The notes below the pieces were generated by a model. The model had not been told where the DNA came from and did not search any database. It saw only the letters and a list, made by a program, of their open reading frames with translations. From an uncultured Pelagibacteraceae bacterium (GTDB lineage: Bacteria > Pseudomonadota > Alphaproteobacteria > Pelagibacterales > AG-422-B15): a stretch of DNA of 64,000 nt. Position 1 is the stretch's first letter, and every line of letters starts with the position of its first letter. Both the position numbers and the translations under genes were made by a program. Below, one piece after another: positions 38,247-51,767 of the stretch. The DNA is taken from contig CABZCR010000004.1 of NCBI GenBank assembly GCA_902524285.1, positions 11,428 to 75,427 of the forward strand. Direction: 5' to 3'.

Positions 38247-39162
38247 AAATCAAAGGGAATTTTTAAAAAATTGTAAAAAAAACAATGTAATTGGAAAAAT
38301 TCAAATAAATCATAATTTATCAAAATATACTTGGTTTGGGGTAGCAGGCAACGCTGAGATATTTTATATGCCCCCAAATTTTGAAGAATTAGCAAAAGTT
38401 TTAGAAATCAACAGAGATAAATTACCAGTAACGGTGATTGGAGCTGGATCGAATATCATTATAAGAGATGGTGGAATATTTGGCCTTGTAATAAAATTAG
38501 GAAAAGAATTTAGTCAAATTAAATTACATAATGATTGTATTGAAGTTGGAGCTGCAACCTACGATAGAGTATTATCGAATTATTGTCAGAAAAATGAAAT
38601 AGGCGGAATGGAGTTTTATTTTGGAATTCCGGGAACACTTGGTGGTGCAGTTCGTATGAACGCCGGTTGTTATAATTCTGAAACAAAAGATGTTTTTATT
38701 AAAGCAAAGTGTGTTGATTTTAGGGGGGAAGTCTCAGAAATACGTAATTCGAAGGAATTATTTTCTTATAGGGAAAGTAATATACCTCAAGATATGATTA
38801 TCTGCGATGTATATATGCAAAAAAAAAATGCAAGCAAAAATGCAATTTCCCTAAAAATGAAAGAAATTGATGATCAAAGAAAAAAAGCTCAACCTCAGCA
38901 AATTAAAACAGCAGGAAGTACATTCAAAAACCCTAAAAATCAGACTGATAAAAAAGCATGGGAAATTATTGAAGAAGCTGGTCTTAAAAATTTTGAGCTT
39001 CAGGGAATATGTTTCTCTTCTAAGCATTCAAACTTCATAGTTAATAATCAAACTAAATCAGCAAACCTTATCGAAGACTTCGGAGAATATGTTAGGTCTG
39101 ATGTAAAGAAAAAATTGGGAATAAGCTTAAACTGGGAAATAAAGATATTTGGTGAAAGATGA
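38239..39162 (+). CDS. murB: UDP-N-acetylenolpyruvoylglucosamine reductase
   Basis: 307 aa. It has an FAD-binding PCMH-type pattern (VIGAGSNIIIRDGG, GIPGTLGGAVRMNAGCY) and the C-terminal GSTFKNP. It overlaps murC by 8 nt. Confidence 0.9.
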   Translation: MNENQREFLKNCKKNNVIGKIQINHNLSKYTWFGVAGNAEIFYMPPNFEELAKVLEINRDKLPVTVIGAGSNIIIRDGGIFGLVIKLGKEFSQIKLHNDCIEVGAATYDRVLSNYCQKNEIGGMEFYFGIPGTLGGAVRMNAGCYNSETKDVFIKAKCVDFRGEVSEIRNSKELFSYRESNIPQDMIICDVYMQKKNASKNAISLKMKEIDDQRKKAQPQQIKTAGSTFKNPKNQTDKKAWEIIEEAGLKNFELQGICFSSKHSNFIVNNQTKSANLIEDFGEYVRSDVKKKLGISLNWEIKIFGER

Positions 39163-40067
39163 ATAAAGACAAAAAAATTATGCTTTTGTATGGAGGCATT
39201 TCTGCAGAAAGAGAAATAAGTATTATCACCTCAAAAGAAATAAGCAAATCTCTTAAAAATATGGGCTACAATATTGTAGAAATTGATGCAAATGAGAATC
39301 TGTTAGCTGACCTTGAACTGCATAAACCTGACATAGTATTCAATGGATTACACGGAACATGGGGAGAAGACGGAAGTGTTCAAGAAATACTTGAAAAATA
39401 TGGAGTGCCTTACACTCATTCTGGAATTGAGTCATCCAAATTAGCAATGGATAAATACAAATCTGCTGAACTATTTATGGAAAATGGGTTCAATCATCCT
39501 TTAACGAAATTGATGAAGATAGAGGAAGTGAAAGATCAAAATATATTTGATTTTCCCTATGTCTTAAAACCTAGAAATGAAGGATCTAGTGTTGGAGTTA
39601 GCATTATTAGAAACCATGAGGAATTAAATAAATACTTATCTGAGAATAAATTTCGAAATGAATTATTGCTTCAGCAATTTATAGAGGGTCCTGAGATAAA
39701 TGTTGCTGTTATAGGAACAAATAAAACTGGTTCTATTGAAATTGATCCAAAAAATGAATTCTATGATTACGAATCAAAGTACTTTGATGCAGGGAAAACA
39801 AAACATATAATTCCACCAAGATTAGAGAGCGACATGATTAAAAAAGTTGAAGGTTTAGGTTTAGATGCTCATAAATTATTGGGTTGTAAGGGAATCAGCC
39901 GAACCGAATTTATATTAGATAAAGTGACAAAAAAATTTTATATATTAGAGCTTAACACCCAACCCGGCATGACTCCAACTTCATTAGTCCCTGAAATTGC
40001 AAATTATAAAGGCATAAACTTTGATAATCTTATTAATTGGATCCTGTTAGATGCAACGAAAAATTAA
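39159..40067 (+). CDS. ddl: D-alanine--D-alanine ligase
   Basis: 302 aa. Motifs are LLYGGISAEREISI, HGTWGEDGSVQ, the ATP-grasp KPRNEGSSVGV and LELNTQPGMT. Confidence 0.92.
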   Translation: MNKDKKIMLLYGGISAEREISIITSKEISKSLKNMGYNIVEIDANENLLADLELHKPDIVFNGLHGTWGEDGSVQEILEKYGVPYTHSGIESSKLAMDKYKSAELFMENGFNHPLTKLMKIEEVKDQNIFDFPYVLKPRNEGSSVGVSIIRNHEELNKYLSENKFRNELLLQQFIEGPEINVAVIGTNKTGSIEIDPKNEFYDYESKYFDAGKTKHIIPPRLESDMIKKVEGLGLDAHKLLGCKGISRTEFILDKVTKKFYILELNTQPGMTPTSLVPEIANYKGINFDNLINWILLDATKN

Positions 40068-40785
40068 AATAATAAATATTGCTTCCTTTTCTTTAATATT
40101 CATTTCTCTTATTGCAATTTTTGTATTTCTAAAATTTCCAAGTTTACTAAATAATTCATTTCAAATTAAGAATATAATTATAGAAGGTTCTGAAAAATCA
40201 AATATATCTGAGATTGAAAATAATGTGACTGAATTCAAAGGTAATCTTATTGGCTTAAATTTTTATTCCATCAAGGAAATTGTAGAGTCAAGTGAATGGG
40301 TAAAGCGGGCGTCTATAAAAAAAGTTTTACCATCAACTTTAAAAATAAATGTAACTGAGAACAATCCATATGCAATATACTTTCAAGAAGGAAAATCTTT
40401 TCTTATGGATCTTGATGGATCAATCATTACTGAAATTAACTTAAACAATTATGAAGATGACCTCTTATTTGTAAGGGGTGAGAACTCGCCAGAATTACTC
40501 GAGCAATTAATCAGGGATATAAGTATTGCGTTTCCAAATTTAACTCAAACTCTTGAAGAAGTTGAATTTGTTGAAAAAAGAAGGTGGAATCTAAAATTAA
40601 ATAATAAATTGCTTGTAAAATTACCAGATGAAAACATTCAACAATCATTAAAAAATTTAAAACAGCTTTTTGAGGAGCAAGAAATAATGGAAAGTAACAT
40701 TATTGAAATAGATTTAAGAATTCAAGGAAGAGCAGCCCTCAAAGTTTTAGATGGAAAAATAAATTATGGTATTGATGAGATTTAA
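40051..40785 (+). CDS. ftsQ: Cell division protein FtsQ
   Basis: 244 aa with an N-terminal TM segment and a POTRA-like segment (IKNIIIEGSEKSNISEI...WVKRASIKKVLPSTLKINVTE). It lies between ddl and ftsA. Confidence 0.8.
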   Translation: MQRKIKIINIASFSLIFISLIAIFVFLKFPSLLNNSFQIKNIIIEGSEKSNISEIENNVTEFKGNLIGLNFYSIKEIVESSEWVKRASIKKVLPSTLKINVTENNPYAIYFQEGKSFLMDLDGSIITEINLNNYEDDLLFVRGENSPELLEQLIRDISIAFPNLTQTLEEVEFVEKRRWNLKLNNKLLVKLPDENIQQSLKNLKQLFEEQEIMESNIIEIDLRIQGRAALKVLDGKINYGIDEI

Positions 40786-41972
40786 TGGGTCAAAAAATAA
40801 TTAGTGCGATTGACATAAGAGCCGACAAAGTAATTTGCCTTATTGCTCAAGAATTACAAATATTAGACAAAGGTAAAATTCTTCAACTTATTGGAATAGG
40901 TACTTCTAAGCTGAAAGTCAATTGTTTAAAGCCCTTTTCATTGGAAACAGATGAAATTAAAAATCATCTTGATGCCGCAATTTCGAAAGCAGAAGTAGAT
41001 GCCGGTATAAAGATTAGTAACGTTTATGTCAGTATATCAGAAAACATGAAATCAGATTATATTGAATTTGAAAATAAAATTTCAGGTAGAATCATAACAG
41101 AAAATGATATCAAATCTTTTTTTGAAGATACAAAATTTAAAAGATTATATACTGAAACTGATGAACCACTTCATTCCTTTCCAATAAGTTACAAAGTAGA
41201 TAATAAAAAAAGCTTATCAGATCCAATTGGTATGAAAGCTGAAACTCTTCATACAAAATGGCATGTGATATCAACTTCAAAAGACTATCTAAGTAAAATA
41301 TTAGATTTATTAAATAATCAAGACATAAGCCTTAAACAGATAGTTTCGAGTCACTATGCTAGCAGTCTAGCTGTGTTATCAGAAGAAGAAGCAGATAATG
41401 GAGCAGTAAGTATCGATATTCAAAAAAACAAGACAATTATTTCTTATACCTTTGACAACCAACTTATTGGCTATGATACTGTTAAAGTTGGAACATATAA
41501 TTTTTCAAATGATATATCACAAGTCAAATCAATTTCACTAGAAGAGGCCGAAATAGTAAGAAAGCAAATTGATGCAATGAATAGTCAGAGAATTTATGAA
41601 AAAAAATTAGAAAAGTATTTTGAAATATATTCATCAAGAGCAGAAGAATTATCAAATTTAATAAAAAATATAATTTCTAAATCAAAATTTAGCTCTCTAG
41701 TATCTAATAATATCGTGCTTACTGGATATGGAGCAAAATCGTTAACTATGCAAAAATTCATCAAAAATCAAATGAGTGATAGTAATTTTCGTTTAGGGTC
41801 GACAAAAAAAATTAACGGATCAAAAACTTATTTAGATAATCCGTCTCTTGCATCTGCATTTGGTCTTTTAAATTATGCCGCAAACCATAATATGGAGGGA
41901 GATAAGGATGAGTCTAAATCAGAAAAAAAATCAGTATTTTCAGTAGTTTATAATTTTATTAGAAACCTTTAA
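40785..41972 (+). CDS. ftsA: Cell division protein FtsA
   Basis: 395 aa with an actin/HSP70-fold layout (AIDIRADKVICLIAQ, VLTGYGAKS) and a C-terminal amphipathic tail SVFSVVYNFIRNL. It has a 1-nt overlap with ftsQ. Confidence 0.85.
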   Translation: MGQKIISAIDIRADKVICLIAQELQILDKGKILQLIGIGTSKLKVNCLKPFSLETDEIKNHLDAAISKAEVDAGIKISNVYVSISENMKSDYIEFENKISGRIITENDIKSFFEDTKFKRLYTETDEPLHSFPISYKVDNKKSLSDPIGMKAETLHTKWHVISTSKDYLSKILDLLNNQDISLKQIVSSHYASSLAVLSEEEADNGAVSIDIQKNKTIISYTFDNQLIGYDTVKVGTYNFSNDISQVKSISLEEAEIVRKQIDAMNSQRIYEKKLEKYFEIYSSRAEELSNLIKNIISKSKFSSLVSNNIVLTGYGAKSLTMQKFIKNQMSDSNFRLGSTKKINGSKTYLDNPSLASAFGLLNYAANHNMEGDKDESKSEKKSVFSVVYNFIRNL

Positions 41973-42036
41973 ATAGTAACAAAAAGAAATAATCTTTGTT
42001 TTTTCCCGTGGTTTTAAACAATTTATAAACATCAGG

Positions 42037-42963
42037 ATGCAAAAAACCATAAATAAGTCATTCAATATTGAGGGTGTAACTTTACACAGTGGTGAAAAAT
42101 CAAATTTGTCTGTTAACCCAGCGACTGCCAACACTGGCATCGTATTTAGAAGAGTTGATATTAAAAATTCTAATGAAGAGTCACTAATTGAAGCAAAGTT
42201 TAATAACGTTAGCGTCTCAGATCTATGTACAAAGATTACTAATAAATACGGAATACCAGTTTCAACAATTGAACACTTGATGTCAGCTTTACATGGCATG
42301 GGAATTGATAACGCTATTGTTGAAGTAGATTGTGATGAACTACCGATCCTTGATGGTAGCTCCCTAGAATATGTACGTAACATTGAGGAAGTTGGTCTTA
42401 AAAGTTTAAATATAGAAAAAAAATATCTTAGCATATCTAGACCAATTGTGTTTAGTATGAATGATTCTTTTGTGAAAGTTTCCCCATCTGATAATTTAGA
42501 AATTGATTATACAATTTCTTATGATCACAATCTTATAAAGGAACAAAGATTTAATTATGAGTTAAAAGATTCAAACCAGTTTAAGAATCTTATTTCTAAT
42601 TGCAGAACTTTTGGCTTTAAAGAAGAGGTAGACTCTCTCAGAAAAAAAGGTCTTATAGCAGGAGGTTCTTTAGATAATGCAATTGTCCTTGATAAAAAAG
42701 GAATTATGAATAATGACAAATTGCGTCAAGAAAATGAATTTGTTAAACATAAAATACTCGATTTCATTGGTGATATTTATCTCTTAGGATATTCAGTGAA
42801 AGGAGCGTTTGAAATATATAAAGGTGGTCACAGATTAACCCATGAAACTATGAATTCAATAATGTCTGATCAGTCTAACTGGCGCCTTATAAATGAAGAT
42901 AATTTAAATGATAAAAATTATCAAAAAACCTATTACACGAAGTCCGTAGCTGCATCATTATAA
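42037..42963 (+). CDS. lpxC: UDP-3-O-acyl-N-acetylglucosamine deacetylase
   Basis: 308 aa. Motifs are GVTLHSGEK, STIEHLMSALHGMGIDN, LDGSS, FVKHKILDFIGDIYLLG and GGHRL. Confidence 0.93.
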   Translation: MQKTINKSFNIEGVTLHSGEKSNLSVNPATANTGIVFRRVDIKNSNEESLIEAKFNNVSVSDLCTKITNKYGIPVSTIEHLMSALHGMGIDNAIVEVDCDELPILDGSSLEYVRNIEEVGLKSLNIEKKYLSISRPIVFSMNDSFVKVSPSDNLEIDYTISYDHNLIKEQRFNYELKDSNQFKNLISNCRTFGFKEEVDSLRKKGLIAGGSLDNAIVLDKKGIMNNDKLRQENEFVKHKILDFIGDIYLLGYSVKGAFEIYKGGHRLTHETMNSIMSDQSNWRLINEDNLNDKNYQKTYYTKSVAASL

Positions 42964-43006
42964 TTTAGAAATTCATCTTTAATCTTCTCAAATAATCATT
43001 AAAATT

Positions 43007-43771
43007 ATGGTTATGAAATTAATAAAAATCTTTACTTTTCTAGCTTTAGTTACTTTTACTCTTAGCGGTTGTTCAGATACAAAGTTAGTTACGCCTGAAA
43101 CAGAAGGTGAAAAACTTCAAATACTCTACTCAAATGCTATGGAATTAGTTAAAAAAAGAGATTTTGTAGATGCGGCAATACTATTTGAAGATATTGAAAG
43201 ACAATATCCGTATTCTAAGTGGTCTAATCAGGCGCAATTAATGACTGCATTCTGTTATTATAAAACACAATTTCATGATGAAAGCCTGGATGCTCTAGAA
43301 AGATTTATAGCGCTATACCCTGGCAGTAAGAAAATTTCATACGCTTACTATCTGCGAGCTCTAAATTATTTTGAGCAGATTAAGGATGTTGAAAGAGATC
43401 AGAGTATGACAGCCAAATCTAAACAGGCGTTTTATGAGGTTGTAAACAAATATCCTGATTCCGAGTTTGTTGAAGATGCTTATTTAAAAATTGACATTAT
43501 CAATGACAGGCTGGCAGCAAAAGAAATTGAAATTGCCAGATATTATCAATTTAGACAGCAATGGATATCAGCAATTAACAGGTATAATAAAATTTTAGAG
43601 GATTATGATACTTCCGTGTATACAGAGGAAGCATTACATAGACTCGTTGAAATTTATTACTCTCTTGGATTAACTGAAGAAGCGAAAAGATACGCATCAA
43701 CTTTAGGTTTTAATTTTCCTGATAGTGATTGGTACACAAAAAGTTACGAGTTAGTTAAAGATTTAAGTTAA
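43007..43771 (+). CDS. bamD: Outer membrane protein assembly factor BamD (YfiO)
   Basis: 254 aa with the lipobox TLSGCS. The TPR-like repeats carry BamD-type segments: FEDIERQYPYSKWSNQAQL, RFIALYPGSK, NKYPDSEFVEDA and EIEIARYY. Confidence 0.85.
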   Translation: MVMKLIKIFTFLALVTFTLSGCSDTKLVTPETEGEKLQILYSNAMELVKKRDFVDAAILFEDIERQYPYSKWSNQAQLMTAFCYYKTQFHDESLDALERFIALYPGSKKISYAYYLRALNYFEQIKDVERDQSMTAKSKQAFYEVVNKYPDSEFVEDAYLKIDIINDRLAAKEIEIARYYQFRQQWISAINRYNKILEDYDTSVYTEEALHRLVEIYYSLGLTEEAKRYASTLGFNFPDSDWYTKSYELVKDLS

Positions 43772-47518
<3,747 letters not shown>

Positions 47519-47525
<7 letters not shown>

Positions 47526-49744
47526 GGTTTTAGAAAATCAGATATTAATTTTTTTGTACCATGTTTATCAAAATCCACAACTGCCTTTGTGCCGTCAATA
47601 TCTTTTATTCGACCAATACCAAATTTTTTGTGTTCAACTGTTTGCCCTATTTGAAGTAAAACATCATCGTTTATATCTCTAACATTTTCTATTTCCATAT
47701 CAACTACTGTTCGATAACTTGAAGATGGATCGTTTTTAAAATCTAATTTTCTTGGTTTAAAATCAAAATCTTGATTAAATTCATCAAATTCTTGATTTTG
47801 GAATCTGTCCATATGGCTTGACGCGTGATTAATAGTTTTTATTAATTCTTGATCTAACTCCTCAATAAATCGAGATTGCAATGAAGGCATCCAATTGTTT
47901 TGAAATCGACGACTCATTGATGTTGAGATATTTATTATTTTTTTAGCTCGCGTTATGCCGACATATGCAAGTCTACGTTCCTCTTCAATTCCTTTATTGC
48001 CAGTTTCATCAATTGTTTTTTGGTGAGGAAAAAGCCCTTCTTCCCAACCTGGCAAAAAAACATAATCATATTCAAGACCTTTAGCGGCATGAAGCGTCAT
48101 GATACTTACTTTATTGTCTTCATTATTTTCATCTATAGCTGTAACTAAAGATACATGCTCTAAAAACTCCTCGATACTGTTATAGTCTTCCATCGCAATT
48201 ATTAATTCCTTAATATTTTCTATTTTTGTTTGAGCAGAGACATTTTTATCATTTTTAAGCATATTCATATAACCAGACTCATCGAGCAGCATTTTTAATA
48301 TGTCATAAAACTGCATATTATCGATGGATGATTTTCCTCTATCGATAACAGAAATGAATGTTTTTAAGCTTTCAGATATTTTTTTTGTAAATTCATCTGT
48401 ATCAACCATATCTTTTGATGCTTGATACAACGAAATTCGTTTTTGTTTTGCATAAGATAAAATATGATTAAATGATTTTTCTCCTATACCTCTTTTGGGG
48501 ACTGTTAAAGCTCTTTCAAATGCGACATCATCTTGACTTTCATAGACCAGCCTAAGATATGAAACAGCATCTTTTATTTCTGATCTCTCATAGAACCGGA
48601 TACCACCTACAATACGATAAGGAATTGAGTATTTAATCAAAGACTCCTCTATTTCACGCGATTGAAATACTGCCCTTACTAATATTGAGATATTGTTCAG
48701 GTCAGGGTTATCATCACTATACTTCATAATATCCTGAGCAACTAAATCGGCCTCGTCTCTACTTGAATTAACTAAATGTAAATGTATGGGCTCTCCATCA
48801 CCTTGGTCCGAAACAAGCTCCTTGCCAAGTCTATATTCGTTATAACTAATTAATGATGATGCAGACTTAAGTATATTGTTTGTTGATCGATAATTTTGTT
48901 TAAGTCGTATTACCTTTGCATTTTCAAATTCTTTTTCAAATCGAAGCATATTATCAACTTCAGCGCCACGCCAACTATAAATTGATTGATCATCGTCTCC
49001 AACACAACAAACATTTTGATGATGAGAACCAAGAAGTTTAAGCCATTTATATTGTGCAGCATTGGTGTCTTGGTATTCATCCACATGAATATATTTAAAA
49101 TTATTGCTATAACGTTTGTGAATATCAGGGACTTTAAAAAGATTGATACATTGTAAAAGCAAGTCACCAAAATCTAGGCAATTAATTTCAAATAACCTTG
49201 CTTGGTAAATTTTATAAATTGAGAGACTCTTTTCATCGACTAAATTATCTAGTGACTCAGATTTTATATCATTTGGATTAAGAGCTTTGTTTTTCCAATG
49301 ATCAATTTTAGATTGTATTAATTTGGGTGAAAACTGAGATTGGTCTAAGTTTTCAGACTTGATGATTTGCTTGATCAGGGAAAGCTGATCATCCTTATCA
49401 AGTATAGTAAAACTTTGTTTAAGACCAATTACCTCAGCGTGGTTTCTAATTATTTTTGCTCCAATTGAATGAAAGGTTCCCATCCAAGGCATCTTTTCCA
49501 TATTTTGACTTACTAGTTTTTGAACACGTTCGGACATTTCTCTGGCAGCCTTGTTAGTAAAGGTTACGCAAAGAATCTGAGAGGGGAATGCCAAGTTATT
49601 ATCTATAATATGAGCAACTCGCGTAGTAAGTACTTTAGTTTTTCCAGTTCCAGCTCCTGCAATAATTAGATTTGGACCCTCGGTGCTACAAACAGACTCA
49701 TATTGTAGTGGGTTAAGACTTTCTAGGTAATTTACTTCAGTCAT
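47519..49744 (-). CDS. uvrD: ATP-dependent DNA helicase, UvrD/PcrA/Rep family
   Basis: 741 aa. Superfamily 1A motifs are AGAGTGKTKVLT, VDEYQDTN, NYRST, MTLHAAKGLEYD and YVGITRA. The C-terminus carries a Tudor-like VEHKKFGIGRI. Confidence 0.93.
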
Positions 49745-49956
49745 AACTGACCCTTTAAGTGATTCAGAACATATAGTCTAATTGCGCTTGATAAATTGGA
49801 AGTGTTCTTAGTCTTATCTATTTTTGAGATTATTTTATCTGGAGTAGTATTTTCTTTTTTGCTCAGTTTTAATATTTCTTCCCAAAATTCAGTTTCAAGA
49901 AATACACTGGTAATGTGGCCATCTATCTTGACAGTGCGCTTATTGGAATTGGGCAT
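49741..49956 (-). CDS. Ribbon-helix-helix (RHH_4-like) small protein
   Basis: 71 aa. TSVFLETEFWEEILKLSKKENTT...NLSSAIRLYVLNHL fits my memory of the RHH_4 pattern (SxxLExxFWxxL...NLSSAxRLFVL). Its stop overlaps the uvrD start (ATGA). Confidence 0.65.
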   Translation of the reverse strand: MPNSNKRTVKIDGHITSVFLETEFWEEILKLSKKENTTPDKIISKIDKTKNTSNLSSAIRLYVLNHLKGQL

Positions 49957-49963
49957 GAACGAA

Positions 49964-51358
49964 CTATGAAGAAGAAATCATTTTTGATGGATTGAGAAGA
50001 GACTTTATCTTTCTTACATCAATAAATTTTAGGATTTTATTTGCCTCAATTAGCGTAATATTTTTCTTATGTGCAAGCTTTGCGAGTTCTGCAGCTTTTA
50101 CGTATCCAATTTCAGGAGCGAGGGCAGTTACAAGCATTAAGGAATTCTCAACACCTTCTTTTATATTTCTTAAATTCGGTTTAATTCCCTTTAGGCACTT
50201 ATCGCAAAAGTTTGTAACCCCTGAGGATAATAAATTGATTGAATTAATTATGTTAAAACCAATTACTGGTTTAAATGCATTGAGTTCAAAATGACCTTGA
50301 GTTCCTGCCATTGATATTACGTTATGACTACCCATAACCTGTAAACAAGCCATTGTTAAAGCTTCACTTTGAGTCGGATTTACCTTACCAGGCATTATAG
50401 ATGACCCGGGTTCATTCTCAGGTAAATTCAGTTCTCCTAGACCTGATCTTGGTCCAGAAGCTAACAGCCTAATGTCATTTGCTATTTTGAAAAGATCCGT
50501 TGCAATAACATTTAATACTCCCGATAGTTCTACAAGAGAGTCATGAGAGGCCAAGGCTTGGAATTTATTGCTTGCAGGTTTAAATTTAATTTTATTAATT
50601 TTACTTATTTCATTTGCAACAAGTCTATCGAACCCTTTTTTTGTATTCAGACCAGTTCCAACGGCCGTCCCTCCTTGGGCTAAATAACTTAAGTTAATTA
50701 GGGCTGTCTTCAGTCGTTTAATGTTCATATCAATCTGAGATTGATAACCTGAAAATTCTTGTCCAAGTGATAAGGGAGTTGCGTCTTGCAAGTGTGTCCT
50801 GCCGATTTTGATGATACTTTTCCATTTCTTAGACTGACTACCTAAAGTTTTTTCCATTTCATTTAAAGCCGGAATAAGTTCATCTGTAACTTTTTTTGAG
50901 GCCGCAATATTAATTGCAGACGGAAAACTGTCATTAGTTGATTGACTTTTGTTGACATGATCGTTTGGGTGAACTGGACTATTCGTTCCAAGTTTTCCGG
51001 TAAGTTTTTTATTAGCAAGATTAGCGATGACTTCATTTACATTCATGTTAGTTTGAGTTCCAGATCCAGTCTGCCAAACCGAAAGAGGGAATTGATCATT
51101 ATGCTTCCCGGTAAGAATATTTTTTGATGCACTAATTATTGCATTTGCTATTTTAGGAGCTAAAGACTTTTGTTTTTGATTTACTTTCGCGCAGGCCATT
51201 TTTATTGTGACTAGTGCATGTATAATCTCTATAGGCATTAAATTATTGCCAATTTTAAAATTCTTTAATGATCTTTGAGTTTGAGCTCCCCAAAAATTAC
51301 TATTTGAAACTTTTATTTTGCCGATACTGTCTTGTTCTTGTCTTGTTTTTTGATTCAT
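49964..51358 (-). CDS. fumC: Fumarate hydratase, class II
   Basis: 464 aa with the fumarate-lyase signature GSSIMPGKVNPTQSE, and N-terminal YGAQTQRS-like WGAQTQRSLKNF, TGSGTQTNMN and HPNDHVN. Confidence 0.96.
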   Translation of the reverse strand: MNQKTRQEQDSIGKIKVSNSNFWGAQTQRSLKNFKIGNNLMPIEIIHALVTIKMACAKVNQKQKSLAPKIANAIISASKNILTGKHNDQFPLSVWQTGSGTQTNMNVNEVIANLANKKLTGKLGTNSPVHPNDHVNKSQSTNDSFPSAINIAASKKVTDELIPALNEMEKTLGSQSKKWKSIIKIGRTHLQDATPLSLGQEFSGYQSQIDMNIKRLKTALINLSYLAQGGTAVGTGLNTKKGFDRLVANEISKINKIKFKPASNKFQALASHDSLVELSGVLNVIATDLFKIANDIRLLASGPRSGLGELNLPENEPGSSIMPGKVNPTQSEALTMACLQVMGSHNVISMAGTQGHFELNAFKPVIGFNIINSINLLSSGVTNFCDKCLKGIKPNLRNIKEGVENSLMLVTALAPEIGYVKAAELAKLAHKKNITLIEANKILKFIDVRKIKSLLNPSKMISSS

Positions 51359-51411
51359 TTGAATTGTAGTATACTACCTTACATATATATATGGTAACGA
51401 TTTAAGTTTTT

Positions 51412-51695
51412 TAAAGGCCGAGTGACTAAAAGTGGGAGACTTCTGTTGCCCGGTGCCTCCCGAACCGCGCTTACCTAATTAGATTAAGCAGCGAGCGCTA
51501 ATTCATCGTTAGCATTTATAAAATAGCCCGATAACGGTGGTACAATACCGAGAGAAAAACTTACCTTTAAGCATTCGTCGATCCTATATCACCCCCTAAT
51601 TTATGGTGGAGGTGCCGGGTACCGCCCCCGGGTCCGTAATGGGTATTACGCAAGCCGTTTATCCCTATAGCTGGGATATCCCCAGCAATCTGAAT
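51412..51695 (-). ncRNA. ssrA: tmRNA, circularly permuted two-piece form (acceptor piece first, then coding piece)
   Basis: Minus-strand reading. The acceptor piece ends ...CCGGG-GGCGGTA-CCCGG-CACCTCCACCA, with its 3' A at 51604. The coding piece starts GGGGGTGATATAGGATCGACG at 51596. GGGGGTG pairs with CACCTCC, including the G3:U70 alanine identity pair. The tag frame GCT AAC GAT GAA TTA GCG CTC GCT GCT TAA encodes ANDELALAA* (51513-51484). The outer boundaries are approximate. Confidence 0.82.
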
Positions 51696-51767
51696 ATAGT
51701 TGGATATTGAGACTTTTTAAAGAGAGTAATCTTAATATAGTATGTGTTTATTATTTGATTCAAAAAA

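Noticed and set aside
41973-42036. I looked for remnants of ftsZ, or a terminator, in the ftsA-lpxC spacer where ftsZ normally lies.
   Set aside because: The spacer is only 64 bp and has no FtsZ-like coding remnant. The AT-rich 5-bp stem followed by a T-run (about 41981-42008) is too weak to call a terminator.
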